This document shows, piece after piece, positions 1-13,100 of a stretch of DNA of 64,000 nucleotides. The notes beneath the pieces were generated by a model. The model saw only the letters and a program-made list of their open reading frames with translations, was not told the origin of the DNA and made no database searches. This DNA is from an uncultured Bacteroidaceae bacterium (GTDB taxonomy: Bacteria > Bacillota > Clostridia > Christensenellales > CAG-917). Numbering within the stretch: position 1 is the stretch's first letter; each line of letters opens with the position of its first letter. Made by a program: the position numbers and the translations under genes. Where the stretch lies: contig CAZRHE010000008.1 of NCBI GenBank assembly GCA_964599875.1, positions 9,781 through 73,780 on the forward strand, written 5' to 3'.

Positions 1-65
1 TTCCTCCAAAAAAGTTATCCGAGAATTATTATAACATTCCTATGCGATTATTTCAAGAGAGTTGA

Positions 66-1109
66 TTACAATTTTATGGACACCAACAACATTAATATGG
101 GTATCGTGATTATTGAAAACAGCGTGGATAGCAATATTGAATTAGCGGCAGTCTTCTGATCCGCCCCGTAAAGTTCGGCAAGATTGAGATTGACGGACGC
201 GGACGGCATTCCGCAAAGTATGACGAGGGTTGCGAAAAGCAAGGGTTCGAGATCGAAAGGATAAAGCACCGCAAACACCAAAATCGGGAAAATCAAGGTT
301 TTGATGAGAGTGGATACGTAAATCTTCCAATCCGTGAACAACTCGTGAATGGGCGCGACCGCAAAACGCATTCCGAGCACTATCATACATAACGGCGTCG
401 TCATATCCGCAAGGTAGCCTATGACCCTGACCACGACGTCGGGAAGGTCGCCGAGCGTCACTCCGCAAAAATACAGCGGCAACGCGACGACGAGAGTGAG
501 CACGGGCGGATTGAGCACCGCCTTTTTCAAGGACATATACTTCCTGTCCCCCGTGAGCACGTACGCACCGACAGACCAGCACATAACGTTCATCGTAACG
601 ATCATGATTGCGGAATAAATGACCGCTTCGGGATGATCGGGGAACAAAAATTGCAAAATGGGCACGCCGAAAAAGCCTACGTTGCCAAAGGTGGACACGC
701 AAACCATAACGCGATATGCCCTGCCCCTTTTCGTGGACGCAATTTGAAGTTTCAGTCCTTCGTCCGTGGTGTAAGTGCCGCCGTCGAGAAGACCTTCTTC
801 CTGCAAATGCGCAGTAATTGCAGGCTCGTCGAATTTCTTGTTGAGGATGAGCCACAACACGCCGAAAATCAATCCCTGCGCTATCGTGGAAAATCCGAAG
901 ACTATCCCTATATTTGCGAGCATATCGCTCGAATATTGCACTTTTAGGAAAGATTGCAGGGATAGAAACGGTTGGCTGACGTATAGCAAAACGGCAGAAA
1001 AAAACGCCATGGCAGTCGGTTTGACGAGTTTGACTTTCATCAAAATAAACCCGGGGATTGCCATTGCGACGAGAAGTAATACGTTTATAGCCGTTGTTGC
1101 AAAATTCAT
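66..1109 (-). CDS. AEC (auxin efflux carrier / malate-permease-like) family transporter
   Basis: 347-aa ORF starting at ATG 1107-1109. It is hydrophobic throughout, with two blocks of predicted helices split by a polar loop (KKFDEPAITAHLQEEGLLDGGTYTTDEGLK). The N-terminus AINVLLLVAMAIPGFILMK is typical of AEC permeases. Confidence 0.75.
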   Translation of the reverse strand: MNFATTAINVLLLVAMAIPGFILMKVKLVKPTAMAFFSAVLLYVSQPFLSLQSFLKVQYSSDMLANIGIVFGFSTIAQGLIFGVLWLILNKKFDEPAITAHLQEEGLLDGGTYTTDEGLKLQIASTKRGRAYRVMVCVSTFGNVGFFGVPILQFLFPDHPEAVIYSAIMIVTMNVMCWSVGAYVLTGDRKYMSLKKAVLNPPVLTLVVALPLYFCGVTLGDLPDVVVRVIGYLADMTTPLCMIVLGMRFAVAPIHELFTDWKIYVSTLIKTLIFPILVFAVLYPFDLEPLLFATLVILCGMPSASVNLNLAELYGADQKTAANSILLSTLFSIITIPILMLLVSIKL

Positions 1110-1136
1110 ATCGCCGTAAATTATCTTACGTTATAG

Positions 1137-1168
1137 ACAAGTGAAGACGCGCGAGCGTCTTCACTTGT
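1137..1168 (-). terminator. Perfect 14-bp stem-loop between the giant gene and the AEC gene (possible terminator or 3' stabiliser)
   Basis: acaagtgaagacgc / gcga / gcgtcttcacttgt. On the minus strand no U-tract follows it, and the AEC ATG lies 28 nt downstream. It is therefore not a canonical intrinsic terminator. Confidence 0.35.
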
Positions 1169-1186
1169 TTATTCAGTTGTTTTTCA

Positions 1187-4100
1187 TCAACCGTTGATGG
1201 TGATGGTGTACAAGCCTTTGACCGCTTGTCCGACGGGGATTTCTTGTCCCGCGCTTACCGCGTAAATCGTTTCTCCGTTCACGGTCAAGCCCGTCGATCC
1301 GCTGTTGGCGGTTGCGACCGTGGTGTCGCCCACTCTGGACACGCTGTCAACGGACGCGCCGACGCATGCGTACAAGTAGTAGACGACCTTTCTGCCGCTG
1401 GGTGCGGAGAGGACGTATTCACCCGTATCGGATGCAAGCATTACGGAGTGGTGCGAGAGAGGGGTGCCGCCGATGCCGTAGGATACCGCGACGCCGTACC
1501 AAACGACGGGCACTCCGCCGACTTTGGTGTTGAGTTTATTGCCGCTGTACGAAGGCGTTTGACCGCTGACGTCCTTTCCGGTGACGGTGAACGGAATTGT
1601 AATACGTTCGCCGTTGCCGAGTTGGATAGTTGCGTTCTTCGCATCGCTCATGCCGTTCTTGAGGATGTCCGCAGTGAGGGAGAATCCGCCGGGCATGGAG
1701 AGCATCACGTAAGTGAATATCTTGGTGTCGTGCGTGCTGCCGGTCTTGTGGCTATCCCACTTCGTACCTTCGGTGGTGGTCGTCCAACCCGTCACCTTGC
1801 CGTTGGTCACGACGGGGTTCGAGATGTCGAACGTCACTTTGTACGCTTGAGGAATCGCGTAACTTGCGGTGTTGCCTGCGTCGATCGTGTAGGCGGACGC
1901 CGTATGGTTGGATACCGTCGCAGTGTACGGTGCGGAAGAGTAACGCGCGCTCGTAATCGTGCCGTTCGCCACTCTTTCTTCGTCGAGTTTGAACACGGTG
2001 GTGATGGACTTCGCGTACATTCTCTGGACGAGGAACGGAATCTCGAATTCTTGTGCGGTTCCGTCAGGACCGGTGAGGACTGCGATGAGGTAAATCATGC
2101 CGCCTTCATAGGTCGGGTTGAACTTGCTGAAGTTCCATGCAAGGGTGTAACCGTCGCTATTTCCGAAGGTCTTGACCTCGGTATCCGTCGAGCCGTTGCC
2201 CTTCGTCACGTTGACGTTGAGGGTATCGGGAAGCACGACGTCCTTGGAGAGGTATTCGTACGGGTTGATATAGGTTTGATTGCTTGCGCCGTAGAAACCG
2301 GTGTTCTTGGTCAAATCATCGTTTCCGCTTGCAAGGCCGGTGACCGTTCTGGGATTGACGACGAGGTTTGCGACCACGACTTGATCCTTGACGCCGTCGC
2401 CCTTGACGGTCGCTCTGATGAGGAAGGTGCCGCCTTCGTAGGTGACCTTGCTTGCGCCGAAGTTCCAAGTGACTTCCTTATTGACTCTGGTTCCGTTTTC
2501 GGTGACGATAGTCATGGAGTTCGGGAAGTACTTGTAGCCGATAGGTGCATAGAGCGTTCCGCTGTATTCGACGCGTTCCTTATCCGAGAGTTCGACGTAC
2601 TTGCCGTCTTTGAGTGCATATCTACCCTCGTTGTTCGCCTCGAAGATTTGTTCGAAGACGTCGGGAGTGGTGTACGGATCGAAGGTGAACACATACGTGT
2701 CGCCGTTCTTGCTCATATGCGACTTATCCGCACCCGCGACGAAGTCGCTGTCCGCGATGCTGACGGAGTTGACGATTGCACTGTTGACTTCGATAGGTAC
2801 GCGTACGGTTGCGTTTGCGTTGTTGACGACGCCCGCGGTAATGGTGACGGGGCTGGACAAGACCGCTTCGACGTAGGACGTTCCGCCGTTTACGCTGACG
2901 GTGGTATCTTTGGTGACCCACTCTGCGTTCAAGGTTTGACGTACCGTGAAGACGAAGACGTAAGTGCTTGCGCTATCGATGAAGTCGTCGTCGGAAAGGA
3001 CGGTGTAAGTTCTGCCCTTCGCGTTGTAGTGATAGTAGTACGGAGTTCCGACGCGTGCGCCGTCCTTGAGTGCTACTTCGCCGTTTGCCGCGACGGTGCC
3101 GTTGCCGAGGACCTTATAGATGTACTTGGAGGAATCGCCGAGCCACTTGACGTTTTCATAACCGTTCGCGTTCCATTCGTCGACGGTGATGAACTTGCCG
3201 TCGGGATAGAAGGTGACGGTATTGCTGTAATTTGCCGTGTTGTACGCGCTCTTTGCATCCGTATCCTTGGTGTAGACTTCGAATCCGGTGTAGTTGAGGT
3301 TGTCGGTGGAGAGTTTGGAGGACGCGACGTCACTGTTGAATCTGGTTACGTCGGTCTTCTTAATCGTGACCTTGACCTCGAGTGCGGACTTGCCGTTGAG
3401 GAAGATTTCGAATTCCTTCGCCTCGGTGGGATAGACGTGGAGTTTGACTTTGTGAGTGGTATTCTCGGTCACGTCGACTTTGCCGAAGAATTGTTCGAAG
3501 CCCTCGGTTTCGAGATAGTAGCGTCTTACTTCGCCCGCGCCGTTGAACTTGACGTCGAGATATTTCGGGAGCGAAGGATTGCCGAAGGAGTATGCGTTGT
3601 AGAAGACGACTTCTTCGGGAAGGTTGGTATCGCTGTCGTAGACGACGTCGATGACGTTGCCGAGATTTGCGTCCTTGCTACCGTAGGTAATCGCGTAAGA
3701 CGAGTAGCTATACTTGAGGTTTTCGGATTGTTTTTCGAATCCGTCGAAGACGAAGTTCGCTTCCTCTGCCGCTCTGGTGAGGACGGTGAGAGGTACGGTT
3801 ACGTATTGCGACGCGCCCATGGAGTAGCGGCTGCCGCTGTATCCGCCCTCGATATCCGCTATCTTGACGTAGCGAGGATTATCGATTCCGTCGTCGGTGA
3901 TATCCGCGATGCCGTATTCGCCGTCTGCGGATTCATAGTAGAACGTGAACTTAACCTTGTTGTTTGCGTTGAAGTAACCCTTGCTCGTAATGATGCTGTC
4001 GTCGGGCCATTCGGGTACGAAGTCGTACACGGTGCCGTCCTTGAGGGTTGCTTTGACGGTGAGAGGCAGGTTGAGTCCGCCTTCTCTGAAGGTGTCGTTG

Positions 4101-7100
4101 AAGAACGGATCGAGGATAATCGAGCGATATGCAGGATTGGTTATCTTCTTGATCGTTCTGTCGAGGATTTCGACGGAGATGGTTTGTTTCTCACTGCCGC
4201 CCGGATAGGTGAGGGTGACTTCGAGGTCGATAGTCTTGCCGAAGTACGCCGCGGTGTTGGTGTAGTAGTCTGCGGGCAGTTCGTACGTACCGATTACGGT
4301 TGCCGTACCGCCGGAGGCGGTTTCGATGGTGATTTCATCACCCGAGGCAAACAAAGTGGTATATACGTTGAACGGGTCGAGGAGCGAGCCGTTCAGCATC
4401 ACCGAGGTGATGCTGTCGCCCTCTACCGCGAGTTTGACGGCGACGTCCGCTATCTTCTCATCATGTAGTCTTATCTCGACGTTGACCGTTCCGTCTTCGT
4501 TGAGACCGCTCGTGATATTGCCGTTCTTGTCGTACGTAACTTTCCAGTTGAGGGATACGTCGTATCTGTTCGTACCTTCGGTTCCTACGACTGCGACTGC
4601 CTTGGTGGGCAGACCTTCGTAGAACTTATCCGCGGTGAGCACGTATCCGTCGGTCACGAGGTTTTCGATTTCGCCGACTTCGAGTCTGTAGTTGGTGTAC
4701 ACGACGAAGGTTACGTTGATTTCGCCGAGGTCGGAGCCGATATACGCCGTACGGACGAAGGAGCCTGCCGCGATTTCCGCATCGGTGGGTTTAGCATAAC
4801 TGTTCCACACAACGGGCACTTCCATTGCGGGAGTATTGTCCTTGAAGGTTACGGTTGCAGTATTGTACTTGCCTGCGAGATCCCAGTTGCCGAACGGCGA
4901 GTAGTAGTGCGTTTCGTCCTTGTTGAAGTTCGTTATCGTGCACTTGCTGACGTTCGCTTTGAGGTCTGCGACGGGTCTGTTATCTCCGACGAGATAAATC
5001 TTCGTTCTGAACGTGCCGTTGGTGGGATACGCAAATCCATCCACGTTGTAGAGCGTGAATTCACGATACACGTAAGTGCCGTTTTCGTCCGTGCGATAGA
5101 CTTTGTTGCCTTCCGCGTCGGTGACGAAGTCGGAGTCGAGTTCACCGGGTGCGCTGTAGTCCGCCCACGTAATCGCGCCGACTGCGGACACGGAGTTGAT
5201 TCCGAGTGCGTTGCCGAGGGTTGCGTAGATAGGCAATCTCCATGCGTCTTTGACGTTGTATTCGAACGAGTGCGAAATCATTTCGCCGTTTTGGAACTTG
5301 ATATCGGATGCAGAAACTTGTCCGCCGACGAATCTCAAGGTGCCGCCGTTTGCGTTGTTAAGGTCGAGGTCGATCTTGTTGACCGCGGTGGTGGGTACGT
5401 TGAGGGTGACGGTTTGTTTTTGATTACCGACTTTGAGGGTTACGTTTCTCTTTCCGCCTTGTGCGGTGAACGCGAGTGCGCTGACGTCCCATTCGTTGAC
5501 GAACGCGATTTCGCTGAAGGATTCTCCGCCGACGGTGTAAGTAATCTTAACCGCGGTGCCGTTTCTGTAATCGCCCCACGCGCCGACCTTGAAGTATGCG
5601 GAAGGATCGGTCACGTATGCGTAAGGCATGACGTTGTATTCAACGGTTCCGTTGCCGTCCGCCGCAGGAACGATGGTTTGTGCCGCGTAGCCGTCCGCAA
5701 CGTACTTGCTGATATCTTTGAGTGCGGATTCGCTCATCGTATTGATAAGTCCGCTGCCGTAGATATCCTTGCCGTTTTGGATGCTCTCGTCGTAGAAGAA
5801 CTTGACTTCGGAAATCTTCTTGACGGGTACGGAGAGTTTGAGGCGGATGGTTTGCGCGACGCTCTTGCCGTTTTCGTCGACGTAGTTGCCGATAGGATCG
5901 CCGTTTGCATCTCTACATTCCGCTTCAACGGTTGCATAGTACGTTCCGCCGTCGAAGATATTGTCTACCGCTTTGGTGTAAGTGGAGTTTGCGTAGTACT
6001 TAATCGTGCTCCAATCGGGGTACATGGTCTTGTCGACGGTGTTCTTCTCGCTGAATCTGACGTTGAGTGCGGTGTATGCATCCTCGTTGTACCATTCAGG
6101 ATTGAAGACGTCTTCTCTTGCAACCTTAACCGCTGTTTGAATTGCGGTCATGGAAGTCATGTTAATCTTGACGTAGACGGTTTGCGTGCCGCTGACGGAG
6201 TTGCCCAAAGTGAACTTGCCGTAGAGGTCTTTGCCGTCGTAACCCTTGTAGGAGTACGCAGTGTGTACGAGGTCGGTCGCCTTGACGTAATTATCGCCGT
6301 CCTTGTAGTAAGGCACGTCGAGGGACAAGAGGTTGCCGTCGAGTTGTACGTTGACTGCTTTGTCAACGCCCTTGAACTTGACCTTGAACGCGTTGCCGAA
6401 GACGGTGTTGTCGATTTCGTCGTTTGCGTAGACGTCGAAGGTGAGTTCTTTCTCAAGACCTTCGAATTCACGACCCGTGATTGCGATTCTGACGGGCACC
6501 GCTTGCGCGATATAGCCTGCGGACGCAAACTTATCCGAAGTCGAGCCGCTGCCGACGAAGCCGTAATTTGCATTGCCTTCATCGTCGTAACCGGTGACGT
6601 ACTTGAATTCGTTGCCGCCGACGTATGCGGTGACGGTGACGTCTATGCCCTTATAGTAATCGTAGCCGGTGATATTGCCGTTTTCATCCGTGACTGCGAT
6701 TTCTTTGAGTCTTGCTTCGAGTGCGGAGAGATCCCACTTGACCGAGAAGTCTTTGAAGCTCGAAGAACTGCTGCCCGCGGTGTACTTGCCGTTGACCTTG
6801 GTGAAGCCCTTGACGTACTCTGCGATGCTGTAGCCGTTGCCTTCGTTCAAGAAGGAATCGAGGCTGAACGCGTCGAGAGTGGTAAGAGTCTTCGTGGTGT
6901 GGCCGTTATCGCGAGTGAATGCGGTGAGCGAACTGATTTCGTTACCCGCGAGGGTGACGGAAACGGTGTCTTCGATTTCGTTCGAATAACCCCATTGATA
7001 GGTGAATCCGACGTCGATCGTACCGCTGGACCAGTTGTAAGTGAAGTCGCTCGTATCCCAGGTTATCCAGCCTGCGGGGAACGCCTTGCCCTTGGGCAGA

Positions 7101-10100
7101 TTGTTGTAGTTGAGTTTGACGTAAGTCGTTTGGGTATCGCCGGAAGAAACGGTTTCGGTCTTGACCTTATAGTAGGTGACTTTGCCGTCCGTACTTGCGT
7201 TGCCGCTGACTTTAACGTATCTGTCGCCGTCCTTGGTGAAGAGCGGGAATACGCCCGTTGCGGAGTTGTATTCGTTGATATCCGCAGTGGATGCGACTTC
7301 GTAATCCACGCCCGCCAGGTATGCGGGGATGAGTTTGTAGTTGTTGCCGTCACTGTTGGTGATTGCTTCGCCCGCGCTGTTGTTGCCGAGAGTCACTCTG
7401 TTGTTTCCGCTGTAAGAGATTGCGTAGAGCATATCTCCGTTCTTATCGGTGAGAGGTACGCCGAAGGTGAGATTGCCGTTGACGAAACTGAGTCGAGCAA
7501 GGTCGGGAAGATCCACGTTTTGCTTCTTCTTGGAGTCCGTCATATCGATGGAGAGCGCCTTATTGCTGAAGGAGCCGTCGCTGTTCTTGACGTATCCCTT
7601 GACGTCGGTGAGTGCGTATCCCGAAGTGACGTAGACGGGGATTGCATAGAGCACTACGTTGAGCGCGTAGCCGTATACGTAACCCGCAAGATATCTGCCG
7701 TCGCTTTCAAGGGTTGCCGCGGTGAAATCGACCGAACTTGCGTCCCAAGTGATGAACGTACCGCCGAGGTAGTCTTTGTCGCCGGTGTCGGTGACGCCTG
7801 CCGTGGAAGTGGTGCCGTTGAGCGTCCAAGTGACGTCCGCCTTTTGCGGGAAGATATTCTTATTCTCGAGGTAGGTTTCGTTGAGAATAATGTTGTGGTT
7901 GCCCGCCGTACCCTCTCTGGTTGCAGGGTCGGTGATGATGATTTCGGTAGGCGCTTCCACTTCTCCGTCCATAACGGTTGCGGTTTCGCCTTCGAGGAAT
8001 CCGAGCATACCCGTCTTGGTCGAGGACTTCGAGTTGGAGAGCGGCGTTATGCGGAGCACCGTCCAATCCCAACCGCCGAGCACGTTATCTCCGCTGACGT
8101 TGCCGAGAGCGTCGGTCATAGTGTTGGTGCCGGTAGAGGTTTGTCCGTAAACTTGACCGGTCTTGACTCCGTCCGTGTTTCTGTTGTAAGTTCTGACGGT
8201 AGAGCCTGCGCCGACCTTATCCGCGTTGACGTAGAGTTCGATTGCTTGGATGCCTCTGAACATCGTGACGTCGTTGCCGAGGTTGTAATCCGCATTCTTC
8301 GGCGCAAGGTCGATATAGATATTCGCGGTAGGATCGCTTGCGAATTCGTTCACGAAAGGCAACGGCAATATCGTTGCGATCAAGTGGCCGATATTTTCAA
8401 GCGTATCCAGTGCCATTGCAAGACCCGCGAGGGTGTTGATGTTATCGACGCCGAGGTCGGGAATGATATCCTTTATGAGCCATTGATAGAGATAGACGGG
8501 GATACTACGCGCATAAGGTTCGATGAGCGCTACTCTCTTCACGGTCTTCTCGTGTGCGGAAATGTTTTCTTTTCCTATCGCTTCGAGTTGCTTGAAGAGT
8601 TCGATAAGCATGTTTTGACCGTTACCGCCGATGTTGTAATTGTCCATCGATTGTCCTCTGTCGTGGTTCAAGCCGAGTTTATTGATATCCGCGAAGTAGT
8701 ATGCCTCGTGCTTGTTGGCGTCGATGACGTCTTGGAACAAGGTGAGGACGAGGACGTTGATCATGACCATCAATTCATTGAAGGCGTCTTTGCCGAAGGT
8801 GATCTTGATGGAGATATATCTCGTGTCGTCGGATGCGGACGGATTGAGGTCGGTCATGCCCGAATAGTACGGGATATATCCGTTGCTGTTGAAGAGGTTG
8901 ACCTCGAGTTTTTGGATGAGACCGGTGAGGTCTGCGGAGTACGAGTAATCTGCGTAGTTAATTTCGCCCGAGGATGCCGCTTCGCTTGCAGGATATGCGT
9001 AAGTGCCGTTGTCGCCGTCTTCATGGCTGGTGAAGCTTGCGAACGCGCCGTAGGGGTTATCGTCGGACACACTGCCTGCGACTGCGATACCACCGACGGT
9101 GTCGTTGATGATTCCGTTCAAGAAGTCGGAAGACAAGTCGACGTCTTTGATGATGATGCTGAGGTTGTTTTGGAGGGTCGCGCCTGCAATGAGGTTCGTT
9201 CCGCTACCTGCGTTCTTCTTCGGGTGATCGACGTCTATATAGAGATAGAGTTTGTACGGGTCGTTACCACTGCCCCAGGTCTTGATTTCTCTGCTGAGAT
9301 CGAGTTCCGCGTGGGTGGTGGTGAAATACGACATAAGTTTGGTGCCGTCGCCGTTGAAGATGGTGTTATTGCTAAATCCGGTATCCGCCGTCCACACTTT
9401 CTTATCGATATCGATACGGAGTGCGGGATTGAGGTTGTCGAATATGTTGTTGATGAGCGAACTGAGACCCGCGGTCGTCGAGTAGGTGATGCCCGCGTAG
9501 CCGTAACTGACTTCGCCTATCTTATCCGCGACGTTGATCTTGTTGTTGCCGATTTCGATGCTGAGGTCCTTGATTTCGAGAGCGAGCATGGTGCCGACGC
9601 TGTCGAGGATTGCGGTGACGCCCAGTTTTTCAAGACCGGTCAAGAAGTCGTAGAGCAATTCGACGGATGCAGATTGCAAAGGCATTTCGTCGAGGCTGAT
9701 GCCGAGGGACGAGAGGTCGAGCCCGAGCAAGCCGATAACCGAGTTGATGAAGTTGGTGTCGATATTGAGTGCAATACGACCTTCTTCGATATCAACGTTG
9801 AGTGCGAGTTTATTGCTCGCGCTTGCACTGCTTTCCGCCTCTGTGGAGAGTGCCTCGTTTGCGGACTTCGCATAGTTGGTCACGTAGTTCTCCGCGTATT
9901 TTTGTTTTGCGCCGAGGATACCTGCGAAGCCTTGGAACTTAATCTTGCCGAGACCGAGACCGCTTGCGTCGATATAGAGCGCGTCGTTGATTGCGGTGCC
10001 GACCATTTCGGTAGTCAGTTCGTAAATGGAGCCCGTGTTCTTAAGTCTGGACGAGCCGAGATAGTAGACGGACAAGAATTTTTCGGACATCAATTCGCCG

Positions 10101-13100
10101 ATGGTGATATCGAGTGCGATATCGCTATACAGGATACCCGAGATACCGTACGTGAGGATTGCGCCGAGGTTGATATCCGCGGTGAGCGCGATATCGATCG
10201 TGATAGGACGTTTCGGGAAGTTGAGTTCGATATCCGCGACTACGAACTTGAACTCGCCGTTGTCGTCCGCCTTGTATTCGCCGTCCACGTAGGAGTATTT
10301 TTGTCCGTCGTAGCCCGCTTCCGCTTTTTGGAAGGTGCCGAACATTCCCGTGCCTTCGAAGAGTCCGCCGAGCAAGTCGATGACCCATGCGACGAAGGAG
10401 TTTTCATATCCTGCATCCTCCTTCATAAGTCCCGCGGAGGTTATCGTAAGGCTGATAGTCGTGCTGAGGCTGACGGTGGAAAGACCGATTTCGCCGGTTT
10501 CGACGTTATACGCCTCTGCGTAAGGAATATAGTACTTGCCGTTAAGTGCTTCTTCGAAGTGTTCTTCAACGTACTTGTACGCGCCGTTTTCAGCGGTGAC
10601 GTAAGTGCCGTCCGCACGTTTTGCATAGCGTTGTCCGTCGTAATCGGATTCGGTGATTTCGACGTATGCGCCACTTATCTTGTTGTATCTCTTCGCGTCT
10701 TCCGCAGAACTGACGTATTCTTCGAAGAGGTTGTCGACAGAGTATCCTTTGACTTTGTGGCGGTCAAGACCGAGTTCCACTATGTCGAGGGATGCGTAGA
10801 ATCCTTCGGTGAACTTCGCGGACAAACTCATGACGAAATCTCTGCTATCAGAATGATAGTAGGTCTTGCCGTCTTCGAGTTTCGTGCCGTTGAACACGGT
10901 GTAAGTGTCGCCGTTCTTCACGTAGACGGTGCCCGAGAACTTGCCTTCTGCGAAGAGTTGTCTGTCGTTCGCGCTCATCACCGCGTAGGTGTTGGGCACG
11001 TAACCGTAACTCTCGATGAGGATATCGCCGAGGTTCGGGATGAGGTCGCCGAGTTCTTTGCCTTGACGTTCGTAAATCTTGTTCGCGACTGCGTTGATGA
11101 CTGCGAAGGACAAGCCTATCGAGAAGTATTGAGGATGTATCAACGCTTCGAGATATGCATAGTCGTGGAGATCCATTCCGCCCGCGGTTTGCGCGTTCGC
11201 CGCCATTGCTTCGGAACCGCTTTCCGCAGTGTCGTCGCCAAAGAGTCCGCCGAGTGCGCCTTCGATGAGTTCGGTCAAGCCGAGTCCGCTGAGGGAGAGT
11301 TTCGCAGTGCTGCCGAGCAAGTGGCTTGCATCGATATACACGCTGTCGTTGTAGAGATAGACTGCAAGGATAGGATCGGTGTTGAGATATCCGTTTTCGT
11401 CGTATTGCAAGATTTCGAGCATCACTTGCATCGCGCCGAAGTCGGTGAAGTCGATGAATGCGCTCAAATTGATTCTTGCAGACGGATAATCTCTGCTGCC
11501 GAGGTCGTTGGTTATGTTGATATTGAAGTCGGAGCCTGCGAGGTCGCTTTCGGGATTGATGAGTCCGAGGATGAGGTCGAGGAGTTCGCCGAGTTCGACG
11601 ACGTTCTTCGTGCCGTCCGCAAGCGTTGCACCGCCGTAGTAAGAGAGGTCGATGCCGATGCTTAGGTTCATCGAGGACTTCTTAATATCCGCGTAGTCGG
11701 TTATCGCCATTCCGTCTTCGTCAAGGTAGGTGTAAGAGCCGTCCGCGTTGTATTGGACTTTGTCCGCGCCCACTTGCATGGTGTCTTGGTTTGCCCAAAG
11801 TCCGAGTCCGTGGAGTTTGATTTGGAGACCGAGGTCGCCGATTGCGATATAGTCACCCGCCGTCTTGACGTCGTAGGTGTTGTTCGCAGTCGCGGTGAAC
11901 GCCGTTGCTCCGAGTCTGTTGTAGGTGGAAATCAATACGTATTCGGTGCCCGCGCTGTCTTTGACGATTGCGTCGTTTGCGCTGAGTTTCGCATATGCGC
12001 CGTCGCTATTCGTGATGACCATAAACTTGCCGAGGCCGTATGCGTTCTTTGCAAAGACGTTCTTTTGCGTCGCGTAGTCGAACACTTTCGTGAACTTGAA
12101 GTTGCCGTCCGCGTCGAATCCGTCGAAGTTGTAACGGTCGCCCGTCCAAGAACTAATCCATTCGCCTTCGGTGTAATCGTCGTGTACGGGGGTGCTTGCG
12201 GATGCGTACGCATAGTTTGCGAGCACGTATTCTTCGGTTTGGAGCAACACGTAGTTGCCGTTTGCCGCCTTCGTGTAAGTGCCGTCCGCGTTCTTATTGT
12301 ACTTCGGCAAATTGTCCGCGTTGACTGCGTGTTCGTCACGGAGTACGTCGAGGGTTACCCAAGATTCCATACCTGCGACGAAGCCGAGGTTGACGAGGAT
12401 GCTGGGTGCGCCGCCGCCGAGGTCGATAACAAGACCGCTTGTGTTGATATCAGAAGTTTGAACGAGTCTGGGCAGATATTCGGTGACGTCCGCGAGATCC
12501 GCTACGAGCATTCCGACGAGGTCGCCGATGAGGCTTTCGTTAAGTCCGACAGCGACGATATCGTTTGCCACGAGGATTTGTCCGAGGAGCATTCCGATGA
12601 TATTCCAGACGTCCGCGCCGAGCAAGTCGCCGACAAGACCCATATTCGCTTCTTCGTCCGCGCTTGCTTTCGCACCTGCCGCTTCGTATGCGGAACTATC
12701 CGCACCGAGGAGACCGCTGACGTCGAGTCCTTCGAGTTTGAGTTTGCCGAAGAAGTCGCCCATGCCGACGATATCGTTCATATCTTCGAGGTTGAGATAG
12801 AGATTGATCTTGCCGTCGACGATTTGCGCCCAAAGTTCCGCAACCGCAGTGTTGAATTCACCGCTTGCGTCCGCACCGTGGAAGTTGGTGTCGTATTCGA
12901 TTCTGATATACGCTTCGAGGCCGTTGAGTGCGTCGAACAATTCTCCGCCGTTGACTATGTAATCAACGAGGTTCTTGATATTAAGACGTGCTTTGATATC
13001 GATACCCGCGCCGATAGTGCTTTCGAAGTCGCTGTTTCTCCACTTCATGGAGGAGAGGATGAATTCGAAGTAATCGTAGAGGTCGGTGGAGATGAACTTG

